Assembly: GCA_947053345.1 (NCBI GenBank) | Contig: CAMRSM010000006.1 | Coordinates: 83,370-115,369, forward strand | Source of the DNA: an uncultured Lachnospiraceae bacterium | Lineage (GTDB): Bacteria; Bacillota; Clostridia; Lachnospirales; Lachnospiraceae | Reading direction: 5' to 3' | Length of the DNA: 32,000 nucleotides | Part shown: positions 8,561-16,603 of the stretch, one piece after another | Layout of the letters: every line of letters begins with the position of its first letter | How positions within the stretch are numbered: the stretch's first letter is position 1 | The notes under the pieces: model-generated | What the model was told of the DNA's origin: nothing | Database searches by the model: none | What the model saw: the letters and a program-made list of their open reading frames with translations, nothing else | Program-made: the position numbers and the translations under genes

Positions 8561-8599
8561 GCAAAAATCGGTCGGGTAAATTTCGTATTTCCCGACCGA
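8561..8599 (-). terminator. Rho-independent terminator after the FapA gene
   Basis: Minus-strand stem TCGGTCGGG / CCCGACCGA (9 bp, 8568-8599) followed by TTTTTGC (8561-8567). It begins 18 nt after the FapA stop codon. Confidence 0.65.
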
Positions 8600-8616
8600 A
8601 TCTTTAAAAAACTGTT

Positions 8617-10020
8617 CTAATTCGAATAGAGGCGGATTTCGTTGTCCTTCGCTTTGAGCGTAACGCCGGTCAGGACTTCCCGGAACTGGTACTGCAACCC
8701 GTTGATGGAAACGCGGGTTCCCTGATAAGCACACTGGCGTATGATAACCTTCGCCTCCTGCGCCAGCGCAATCTTTTCGAGAAGCACCTGGCGTTTCTGC
8801 ATATTTGCGTTCATCTGGCTGTCAAGTGATATCTTAAAGCGGGTCACCTGCATGCGCCTCTCCTGGGAGAACGCAGATTCCACTTCTTTCTCCTTACGCG
8901 TCTGCAGCAGCGAGAGGACATGCTTCGTCTTTTCCATCTGCTCCTCTAACTCCTTGTACTCCACTTCCAGTTTCTGCATACTCCGCTGGAGCTCGTCGCT
9001 CTTGCCCGCGATCAGTTCGGACTGCACCTCCGCGACATTTCCGACCGTGGTCGCCTCAAGCGTGCGCCCGGCATACACCACACCGCCTAAGATCACGCCA
9101 TGCCGCCCTGCCACGACAATATCCTCCCCCGCCTCCACCGTACAGCTTAAGACGGAATTCGCATTGACGTTTTTCCCTGCCGTGATCTTTGTCTGCTCAA
9201 AAAATTTGCCCGAAAGCGAACCTTTGCAAGTGACGACACCCCTGCCGCCGCCCTGCATGCCGCAGGTCAGCACGATATCCTTCCCCGCGTACAGTTCACA
9301 GGCTTCCACGGAACCCTGCACGGTGAGTGTGCCGCCCGCACGGATCTTGCGCCCGCTCGTCACACTGCCGTGAACCAGAACATCCCCGTCAAAATCAATG
9401 TCGCCGGTCAGCACATCAACATCCTCGCTGATCTCAAGGAAATTCTTGATCGTAATCCTGCCATTCTCAAATTCGATCCTGCCGCTCATCGTCGCCATAT
9501 AAGAACGCTTGTCGTCCGATGTACAAAAACCCTTGCCCTTGATCTCCGGGAGTTCTTTGCCATCCTTGCCCGCAACTTCCTTCCCCGCAAGGTCATAGCC
9601 GCTCTTGCCCTTTGTGGCCGGTGTGTAGCGGGCAATGATCGCCCCTTCCTTGACCGTCGGGATATTTGTCATGGTCCGGTAATCCACTGACCCGTCCGGC
9701 AAAATCCTCGGCTTTTTATTTGTCTCCGCATCAAACAGGAAATCAAAGTGCCCGTCCTGGCCGTCCAGCGCCGGTTCCCCCACCGCCACGAGGCACTTCA
9801 CATAATACAGCTTATCAGTAAGCATCCTTTTGATGCGCTCCTCGCGCACCCCCCTTTTGATCCCGCTTTTTGCAAGTATCTGTAAAATAATATCCAAATC
9901 ATAACTCACACTCTCCGGCGGTGGACATAGATACAATTCTGCCGTCATCCAATCGTCACTGATCAATACTTTGGAGCCTTTTTCAATCCATTCAACCAAT
10001 TCTGCATTCTTCATAAGCAT
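8617..10020 (-). CDS. FapA-family (DUF342) protein
   Basis: Characteristic DUF342 layout. The N-terminal region has ISDDWMTAELYLCPPPE and GIKRGV. A long beta-helix-like repeat region follows (LTGDIDFDGDVLVHGSVTSGRKIRAGGTLTVQGSVEACELYAGKDIVLTCG...VEAGEDIVVAGRHGVILGGVVYAG). The C-terminus is coiled-coil. Confidence 0.88.
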   Translation of the reverse strand: MLMKNAELVEWIEKGSKVLISDDWMTAELYLCPPPESVSYDLDIILQILAKSGIKRGVREERIKRMLTDKLYYVKCLVAVGEPALDGQDGHFDFLFDAETNKKPRILPDGSVDYRTMTNIPTVKEGAIIARYTPATKGKSGYDLAGKEVAGKDGKELPEIKGKGFCTSDDKRSYMATMSGRIEFENGRITIKNFLEISEDVDVLTGDIDFDGDVLVHGSVTSGRKIRAGGTLTVQGSVEACELYAGKDIVLTCGMQGGGRGVVTCKGSLSGKFFEQTKITAGKNVNANSVLSCTVEAGEDIVVAGRHGVILGGVVYAGRTLEATTVGNVAEVQSELIAGKSDELQRSMQKLEVEYKELEEQMEKTKHVLSLLQTRKEKEVESAFSQERRMQVTRFKISLDSQMNANMQKRQVLLEKIALAQEAKVIIRQCAYQGTRVSINGLQYQFREVLTGVTLKAKDNEIRLYSN

Positions 10021-10183
10021 CCCCGCCTTTCTTTTGCAGCAAAGCCCATTCTTTTCCCTATTGTACTACAACCACGGAGCAATTTCCACTGTTATTTTGA
10101 ACATTTTCCGGAATTTATTCTATTTTTAGAAATTAGGTTTTCTGCGTATGGGCAAGGCAGGGAAACTGTTTATTTCCGGGGGA

Positions 10184-12874
10184 TCACCCTTTTGTAAAAT
10201 TCCCCAGCCGCTCCGTGACCTGCGCGAGCATATCCGTATATTTTGCAAGCTTTTCCCGCTCCTCGGCAAGCTTCTTCTCCGGCGCTTTGTTCACAAAATT
10301 CGGATTGGCAAGCATCCCCGAAGCGCGCTTAATTTCGCCCTCCAGCCGCGCCTTCTCCTTTGTGAGGCGCTCGGTTTCCTTTGCGATATCCACAAGGTCG
10401 GCAAACGGCATATAGATCGCTGCCTGATGGATAACCGCCGAGACGGCATCATCGTCGATCCCCGCACGGTCCGTCTGGATCTTCACCTCGCACGCGTAGG
10501 CAAGCGGTGCGAAAAATACCTTGCCCGCCGTGAAAATTCCGCGCACCTTCTCGTTCTCGGAAACAATGAAAACAGTCGCCCTGCGGGACGGCGGCACGTT
10601 CATTTCCGTGCGCACGTTGCGGATGGCCTTGACCGCTTCCTTCATCAGCTCAACGGCTTCTTCCTCGTCGGCAAAATGCTTTGTTTCCTCGTACTTCGGC
10701 CACGCGGAGATCATGATGGACTCATTCTCCTCCAGCCTGCCCTCCGCCTCTTTCAGCGTGCAGAAAATCTCCTCGGTCACAAACGGCATATACGGGTGCA
10801 GAAGCTTTAACGCCGTCGTGAGCACCTCGCGCAGCGTAAAGATCGCTGCCGTCTTTGTCGCGGCATCCTCCCCGTACAGACGCGGCTTGACCATCTCGAT
10901 ATACCAGTCGCAGAATTCCTCCCAGATAAAATCGTAAATTTTGTCCGCCGCAATCCCCAGCTCAAATCGCTCCAGATTGTCCGTCACATCGCGCACCAGC
11001 TCGTTCGCCTTCGACAGAATCCAGCGGTCCGCGCTTGTCAGCGCCTTTTCTTCCACGGCGGATACTGCCGGGGCAAGCCCCTGTTCCCTCATCTGCGCCA
11101 TATTCATCATAATGAAGCGCGACGCGTTCCATACCTTGTTGGCAAAATTCCGGCTCGCCTCCACCCGCTCCCAGTAAAAGCGCATATCGTTGCCCGGCGC
11201 ATTTCCGGTAATCAGCGTAAAGCGCAGCGCGTCCGCGCCGTACTTGTCGATCACCTCCAGCGGGTCGATGCCGTTGCCGAGCGACTTGCTCATCTTGCGC
11301 CCCTGCGAATCGCGTACCAGGCCGTGGAAGAGCACGGTTTGAAACGGCTTTTCGCCCATGTGCTCATAGCCGGAGAAAATCATGCGGATGACCCAGAAGA
11401 AAATAATGTCGTACCCGGTCACCAGCACGCTCGTCGGGTAGAAATATTCCAGTTCTTTCGTCTTCTCCGGCCAGCCGAGCGTCGAGAACGGCCACAGCGC
11501 GGAGGAGAACCAGGTGTCAAGCGTATCCTCATCCTGACGGATGTGCGCGCTGCCGCATTTCGGGCAGGTCTTCGGCGCATTTTCCGTCTTCGCCACCGTA
11601 AGCTCTCCGCAGTCGCCGCAGTAATATGCCGGGATGCGGTGTCCCCACCAGAGCTGTCTGGAAATACACCAATCCTTGATATTGTCCGTCCAGTTGTAGT
11701 AAATCTTTTCCATGCGCTCCGGGATCAGCTCGACTTCCTTGTTTTTCACTGCTTCCACCGCCGGCTTGATCAGTTCGTCCATCTTCACAAACCACTGCGG
11801 CTTAATGAGCGGCTCCACCGTCGTGCCGCAGCGGTCATGCGTGCCGACATTGTGGGAGTAATCCTCAATGCGCACTAAAAGCCCCATTGCATCAAGCTCC
11901 TTCACAATCTGCTTTCTCGCCTCATACCGGTCCAGTCCCGCGAATTTCCCGCCGTTTTTGTTGATGGTCGCATCGTCGTTCATTATGTTGATCTCCGGCA
12001 GGTTATGACGCTTTCCGACCTCGAAATCGTTCGGGTCGTGCGCCGGTGTGATCTTCACCACGCCCGTGCCGAAATCCTTCTCGACATAAGCATCCGCAAT
12101 AACCGGAATCTCCCGGTCCACAAATGGAACCTTCACCGTCTTTCCGACCAGATGCGCGTAGCGCTCATCCTCCGGATGCACTGCCACCGCCGTATCGCCG
12201 AGCATCGTCTCCGGGCGGGTCGTCGCAAACTCAAGAAATTCTTCCGTCCCGACCACCGGATATTTGATGTGCCAGAAATGGCCTGCCTGTTCCTCGTAAT
12301 TCACCTCCGCGTCGGAGATGGAAGTCCTGCAGACCGGACACCAGTTGATGATGCGGGAACCCTTGTAGATCAGGCCTTTCTCATGCATTTTGCAGAAAAC
12401 TTCCTCAACCGCCTTCGAACAGCCTTCATCCATCGTGAAGCGCTCCCTGTCCCAGTCGCAGGAGGAACCCATTTTTTTCAGCTGCTGCACGATGCGTCCG
12501 CCGTACTCTTCCTTCCACGCCCATGCGCGCTTTAAAAAGCCCTCGCGCCCAAGCTCCTTTTTGTCGATGCCCTCTTTTTTCAGATGCTCGATGATCTTGA
12601 CTTCGGTCGCGATGCTCGCGTGGTCCGTGCCCGGTTGCCAGAGCGTGTTATAGCCCTGCATCCGCTTAAAGCGCACGAGGATATCCTGCATCGTATTGTC
12701 GAGCGCATGTCCCATGTGCAGCTGCCCCGTGATGTTTGGCGGCGGGATCACAATCGTAAACGGCTTTTTTGTCTCGTCCGGTTTTGCATGGAAATATTTT
12801 CTGCTTTCCCATTTTTCGTACAGCCGGTCTTCGATGTCCTTCGGATTATAGTTTTTTGCAAGTTCTTTCTGCAT
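10184..12874 (-). CDS. valS: Valine--tRNA ligase
   Basis: 896 aa with [15 protein letters not shown] (HIGH), [11 protein letters not shown] (KMSKS), a CP1 editing region and a C-terminal coiled coil. A T-box leader lies upstream. Confidence 0.97.
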   Translation of the reverse strand: MQKELAKNYNPKDIEDRLYEKWESRKYFHAKPDETKKPFTIVIPPPNITGQLHMGHALDNTMQDILVRFKRMQGYNTLWQPGTDHASIATEVKIIEHLKKEGIDKKELGREGFLKRAWAWKEEYGGRIVQQLKKMGSSCDWDRERFTMDEGCSKAVEEVFCKMHEKGLIYKGSRIINWCPVCRTSISDAEVNYEEQAGHFWHIKYPVVGTEEFLEFATTRPETMLGDTAVAVHPEDERYAHLVGKTVKVPFVDREIPVIADAYVEKDFGTGVVKITPAHDPNDFEVGKRHNLPEINIMNDDATINKNGGKFAGLDRYEARKQIVKELDAMGLLVRIEDYSHNVGTHDRCGTTVEPLIKPQWFVKMDELIKPAVEAVKNKEVELIPERMEKIYYNWTDNIKDWCISRQLWWGHRIPAYYCGDCGELTVAKTENAPKTCPKCGSAHIRQDEDTLDTWFSSALWPFSTLGWPEKTKELEYFYPTSVLVTGYDIIFFWVIRMIFSGYEHMGEKPFQTVLFHGLVRDSQGRKMSKSLGNGIDPLEVIDKYGADALRFTLITGNAPGNDMRFYWERVEASRNFANKVWNASRFIMMNMAQMREQGLAPAVSAVEEKALTSADRWILSKANELVRDVTDNLERFELGIAADKIYDFIWEEFCDWYIEMVKPRLYGEDAATKTAAIFTLREVLTTALKLLHPYMPFVTEEIFCTLKEAEGRLEENESIMISAWPKYEETKHFADEEEAVELMKEAVKAIRNVRTEMNVPPSRRATVFIVSENEKVRGIFTAGKVFFAPLAYACEVKIQTDRAGIDDDAVSAVIHQAAIYMPFADLVDIAKETERLTKEKARLEGEIKRASGMLANPNFVNKAPEKKLAEEREKLAKYTDMLAQVTERLGNFTKG

Positions 12875-12994
12875 GTCGATACCTGTCCTTTCTTTTTTGG
12901 TCTGTGTGATAATACATCTGTGAAATCCGCGCTTTTCCTGTCCGATATGCCGGGCAGCCGTCCGCCTCTGCTGACATTCTTCCTCCGGATGCCC

Positions 12995-13327
12995 GTGTGC
13001 ATAAAAAAATCCTCCGTCACAATAAGGACGGAGGACCGTGGTACCACCTTAATTCGCAGCAAAAGCTGCCTCTTACACACTTCGCGGTTTCATCTGTCAA
13101 AGCACTTCGTTCGCAACGATCTGGCCTTGCAAATGCCGGAAAGCATTCGTCTGTAACGGGACTTCCCGTAGCACCCTACCCGGAACTTCCGCTCAGGTGC
13201 TCTGTTTGAAAGCTACCTTCCACCGTTTTTCCTGAGACAGCCTTTCAGCCCCGTGCCGTCCTCTCTGCCAGTACCCGCGGTGTACTCCTCTTTCGCGCTA
13301 CATTTTTCATGTCTGCAGATTTGATAT
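12995..13327 (-). promoter_or_regulatory. T-box leader (tRNA-sensing riboswitch) of valS
   Basis: Minus strand contains stem-I elements (GCGCGAAAGAGGAGTA, CAGAGAG) and the conserved T-box sequence AATTAAGGTGGTACCACGG (13036-13054), which overlaps the 5' side of the terminator. GGAAGGUAGC contains a candidate GUA (Val) specifier, but that assignment is tentative. Confidence 0.85.
13003..13035 (-). terminator. T-box attenuator terminator
   Basis: Stem TCCTCCGTC / GACGGAGGA (9 bp) with loop CTTATTGT, followed by seven T on the minus strand (13003-13009). Confidence 0.8.
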
Positions 13328-13333
13328 GGTACT

Positions 13334-13362
13334 ATATTAAGCAATCTTCCCTAAATTGTCAA
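13334..13362 (-). promoter_or_regulatory. Sigma-A promoter of the valS T-box leader
   Basis: Minus strand reads TTGACA (13357-13362), a 17-nt spacer, then TAATAT (13334-13339). Confidence 0.6.
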
Positions 13363-13729
13363 GGGGAAAATATCATCCGAACCGCATTTTCTGCACCGCG
13401 TCTTTTTTTGCTTGTGTCCGTTTTGCATTCTGCTCATAAAAGCATCGTTCTTTCCCAAAAACGGATGTAATATCCTTTTTGCGGAAACCGGCTTCCTTCC
13501 ACTTCCGGTGCGCCGGCCGTGGCAGCCCCACCATCAAATCCCGATTGTGATTTGATGATTTTTCAGGGGGAGTATAAATCATTATATTTTAATGATAAAG
13601 CATCCGCCACCCCCAGAATATGCAATCCATCGGTTTTGGGATGGATTTGATTGATCTTTCGGGAAATATTCCGGTACGGGCAGATGCCGAAAACTCTTTC
13701 GAATTGCCGAATGAAAATCAATATTTCTG

Positions 13730-13758
13730 TTGACAACTATAAAATATACTGTTAAAAT
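13730..13758 (+). promoter_or_regulatory. Sigma-A promoter of the MetRS-like gene leader
   Basis: TTGACA (13730-13735), 17-nt spacer ACTATAAAATATACTGT, then TAAAAT (13753-13758). Confidence 0.6.
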
Positions 13759-13785
13759 TATTCAAAATAAAAGAAGGATAAGCCC

Positions 13786-13878
13786 ATGATGAAACATTCA
13801 ATTTCCATAAACAAAATGAACCAGCGACAGCAGCTTATTGTCAAAATTGGCAATGGGCTTTTTGTGTTGTGTTCATAA
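13786..13878 (+). CDS. Candidate 30-aa leader peptide MMKHSISINKMNQRQQLIVKIGNGLFVLCS
   Basis: The ORF lies between the promoter and a strong terminator. GAAGGA sits 7 nt upstream of ATG-ATG. Three Met codons are present (codons 1, 2 and 11). It is too short for the supplied ORF track. Confidence 0.4.
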   Translation: MMKHSISINKMNQRQQLIVKIGNGLFVLCS

Positions 13879-13907
13879 CAGGTGTCTTATCCTGGTCCAT
13901 CTGAACC

Positions 13908-13953
13908 AAACGGCCAAAAGCTCGGTACGAGTTTCTGGCCGTTTTTATTTTTT
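13908..13953 (+). terminator. Intrinsic terminator (attenuator) between the leader ORF and the MetRS-like gene
   Basis: AAACGGCCAAAAGCTCG-GTA-CGAGTTTCTGGCCGTTT forms a 17-position stem with one A-C mismatch and one G-U pair. It is followed by TTATTTTTT. Confidence 0.7.
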
Positions 13954-14069
13954 ATAATGTTTTCATCTATTTCCGAGCGTGTGCAAAAAATGCTTTCTGC
14001 CGGATGTGCGTCAGGGTTTGCGGGAATAATTTTCAAACACACTCCAGGGATTCGGAAAGGAGGTATACT

Positions 14070-16145
14070 ATGCCGGAACAGTCCGAGCTTCCCCAGCAAA
14101 AAGGGAAGCAAGTGATAACTAAAATAAATAACAGAAAGGAACATGATAATATGATATGTAAGCGGTTAACATCAAAGGAACGCCCGACATTTCCTAAACG
14201 GGCAATCATTACGGCAGGTATGCCTTACGGAAATAAAAATTTACATTTTGGACATGTCGGCGGTATGTTTATCCATGCGGACATTTTCGCGCGGTTTTTA
14301 AGAGACCGAATCGGAAAAGACAATGTTATCTTTCTTTCCGGAACCGATTGTTATGGTTCCCCGATCATGGAAAGCTACCGCAAGCTGCAGGAAGCAGGGT
14401 ATGAGGGTACTTTGGAAGATTATGTACGTGCTAACCATGAGAACCAGAAAAAAACCCTGGAAAACTATGGTATCCGTCTTGATTTCTTTGGGGCATCGGC
14501 TCTGGGAGAAGCAGGTTTAATCCATAAAGAGGTCTCCGCGCAAGTGTTCCAAACTTTATACAAAAACGGATATATTAAGAAAATGTCCATGCCTCAGTTC
14601 TATGATGAAGAGAAAAAGATGTTCTTAAACGGAAGGCAGGTTACAGGGAAATGTCCCATACCGGGATGCACTTCGGAAAAAGCATACGCCGATGAGTGTT
14701 CCTTAGGACATCAGTTTTTGCCTTCGGAACTGATCAATCCCGTCAGTAGCTTATCAAACAAAAAACCTGTCCTAAGAGATGTGGAAAACTGGTATTTCGA
14801 TTTAGAATATTGCATTCCCATAGTAAAGGAATACAATGATTTCTTACGGAAAAATACAAACACGCGCAAGTATCAGTTAGAAACCGTAGAAGAATTTTTG
14901 AAAAAGCCTTCCATCTATGTACCAAAAAAATATTTCGGCGACCTGGCAGAATTGGCAGCAAAGCTGCCCCCTCACAAATTAACCAATGAGGAAAAGAAAG
15001 CGTCTGTTGTGTTTGAATTTGAAAATCTGGATGACCGCGACAGGGCTAAAAACGTATTGGAAGCAGACGGCATTCATTATACTTCCGGAAAGACACTGGT
15101 TCCCTTCCGGCTGTCCGGCAATGTAGAATGGGGTATCCCATTCCCGGAGTGTGAAGGATTAGACGATCTCACCTTTTGGGTATGGCCGGAATCGCTATGG
15201 GCACCGATTTCCTTTACTTTAGCCTATTTGAAAGAGCATGGAAAAAAAGACAACTTATCGAGGTGGTGGTATGATGAAGAATCGAAGGTTTATCAGTTTA
15301 TCGGAGAAGATAACATTTATTTCTATGCCATCGCCCAGACAGGGTTATTTACCGGATTACAGGTTCCCAAAGGGGAAGTACCGGATATGGAGACCGTATA
15401 TTTATCCCACATCATAGCCAACCGGCATTTATTGTATATGGATACAAAAGCCAGCAGCAGCTCCGAATTAAAGCCTCCTGCGGCAGATGAATTGCTAAAT
15501 TATTACACGAAAGATCAGCTGCGGATGCATTTTATGAGCCTGGGTCTGTCTTCCAAAAGTGTAGGCTTTAAACCGCAGGTATTTATGAAAGAGGAAGACC
15601 GGGTTGGTGTCGATATGGTTCTGAAAGATGGCAATTTAATCACCAATGTGTTTAACCGTCTGATCCGAACCTGCTTCTACGCGATCCAGAATAATTGTGA
15701 CGGAAAAATCCCCGAGGGCGAGGTGGGGGAAGAAATAAAACTTATGGCAGAGAAAACGGTTCTTGATTATGAGCGTTATATGTATAACCATGAGTTCCAC
15801 CGTATCTCTTATGCTTTAGATGACTTTATCCGGGGGATAAACAAGCATTGGGTAAACAATGTAAAGATTGCAGATGCCACGAATAATGCAGAATCCAGAA
15901 AACAGCTTGTTATTGATTGCTTTTATGCCTGTAAGGTTATGGCAATCCTGGTTCATCCAATTGCGCCGGAGGGATGCGAAATGTTTCGGGAATATCTAAA
16001 TTTAGGAGAAGAATTGTGGGATTGGAACCATATATTTGAGCCGGTTTCTTTTTATATTGCGGACGTAAAGAATCATAAGCTCAAGTATCTGGAGCCGAGA
16101 GTCGATTTCTTTAAAAAGCATGATTGTCAGCTGGCGGAAATGTAG
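14070..16145 (+). CDS. Methionyl-tRNA-synthetase-like class I aaRS paralog (HIGH intact, KMSKS degenerate); alternative start at 14151
   Basis: By-eye alignment to E. coli-type MetRS runs along the catalytic and anticodon-binding domains (PYGNKNLHFGH, SGTDCYGSPI, QFYDEEKKMFLNGRQVTGKCP, PVLRDVENWYFDL, YQFIGEDNIYFY). The KMSKS position reads KASSS. AAAGGAGG lies 6 nt upstream of the ATG at 14070. ATG 14151 (MICKRL) would give a MetRS-like N-terminal length. Confidence 0.88.
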   Translation: MPEQSELPQQKGKQVITKINNRKEHDNMICKRLTSKERPTFPKRAIITAGMPYGNKNLHFGHVGGMFIHADIFARFLRDRIGKDNVIFLSGTDCYGSPIMESYRKLQEAGYEGTLEDYVRANHENQKKTLENYGIRLDFFGASALGEAGLIHKEVSAQVFQTLYKNGYIKKMSMPQFYDEEKKMFLNGRQVTGKCPIPGCTSEKAYADECSLGHQFLPSELINPVSSLSNKKPVLRDVENWYFDLEYCIPIVKEYNDFLRKNTNTRKYQLETVEEFLKKPSIYVPKKYFGDLAELAAKLPPHKLTNEEKKASVVFEFENLDDRDRAKNVLEADGIHYTSGKTLVPFRLSGNVEWGIPFPECEGLDDLTFWVWPESLWAPISFTLAYLKEHGKKDNLSRWWYDEESKVYQFIGEDNIYFYAIAQTGLFTGLQVPKGEVPDMETVYLSHIIANRHLLYMDTKASSSSELKPPAADELLNYYTKDQLRMHFMSLGLSSKSVGFKPQVFMKEEDRVGVDMVLKDGNLITNVFNRLIRTCFYAIQNNCDGKIPEGEVGEEIKLMAEKTVLDYERYMYNHEFHRISYALDDFIRGINKHWVNNVKIADATNNAESRKQLVIDCFYACKVMAILVHPIAPEGCEMFREYLNLGEELWDWNHIFEPVSFYIADVKNHKLKYLEPRVDFFKKHDCQLAEM

Positions 16146-16168
16146 GCAAAAAAGGGGGCGTGTTGCAA

Positions 16169-16208
16169 GCGGGCCGGGCCGGATTTTCCGGTTCTGCCCG
16201 CTGTTTGT
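16169..16208 (+). terminator. Possible terminator after the MetRS-like gene
   Basis: GCGGGC-CGGGCCGGATTTTCCGGTTCT-GCCCGC with inner stem CCGGA/TCCGG, followed by TGTTTGT. The T-tract is weak. Confidence 0.35.
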
Positions 16209-16603
16209 ATCGTATACTTTTTCTTCCCGCAGGCCAAGATCTGATGCAATCCCTGTATTTTGTGAAAGCTTCCCTTTCAGGCAATATACGAATGATCGGT
16301 CAAAAAGCAAACCCTCCCCTTCCAGACGGATCCGGGATTGATCCCTATTGAACAGCACCGCAAAAAATCATCCGTATGTTGCTGAAAAAAGTATGATAAT
16401 ACATGAAATCAATTTCCTGTTCAAGCCATCCCGCCTTAAAATGCCATCCATATTCATGTACAGGCATAGGAAAACCCCGTTTTCTGATTTTCTACAACCT
16501 TTCGCGGGAACACCGACATCCTTATCTCCCCAAAGCCTATTTGGTATCCCCATGTGCGCAGCTTCCCAGGCAAAGCTTTCTTGATTAAAAATCCCCCATC
16601 CCA

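Noticed and set aside
10021-10183. Possible sigma-D (flagellar) promoter upstream of the FapA gene (TAAA...CCGGAAAA on the minus strand)
   Set aside because: The -10-like element matches only about 5 of 8 consensus positions and the spacing is ambiguous. This is not strong enough to annotate.
14004-14069. The first 22 codons of the 713-aa track ORF (MCVRVCGNNFQTHSRDSERRYT)
   Set aside because: No RBS precedes 14004, whereas AAAGGAGG sits directly upstream of ATG 14070. MetRS homology starts even later, so the long version is unlikely.
13882-14144. Track ORFs 13882..14115 (+) and 13887..14144 (-) upstream of the MetRS-like gene
   Set aside because: They span the attenuator hairpin, its U-tract and the structural gene's RBS. 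They have no RBS of their own and their translations are not protein-like. The region is better explained as a regulatory leader.
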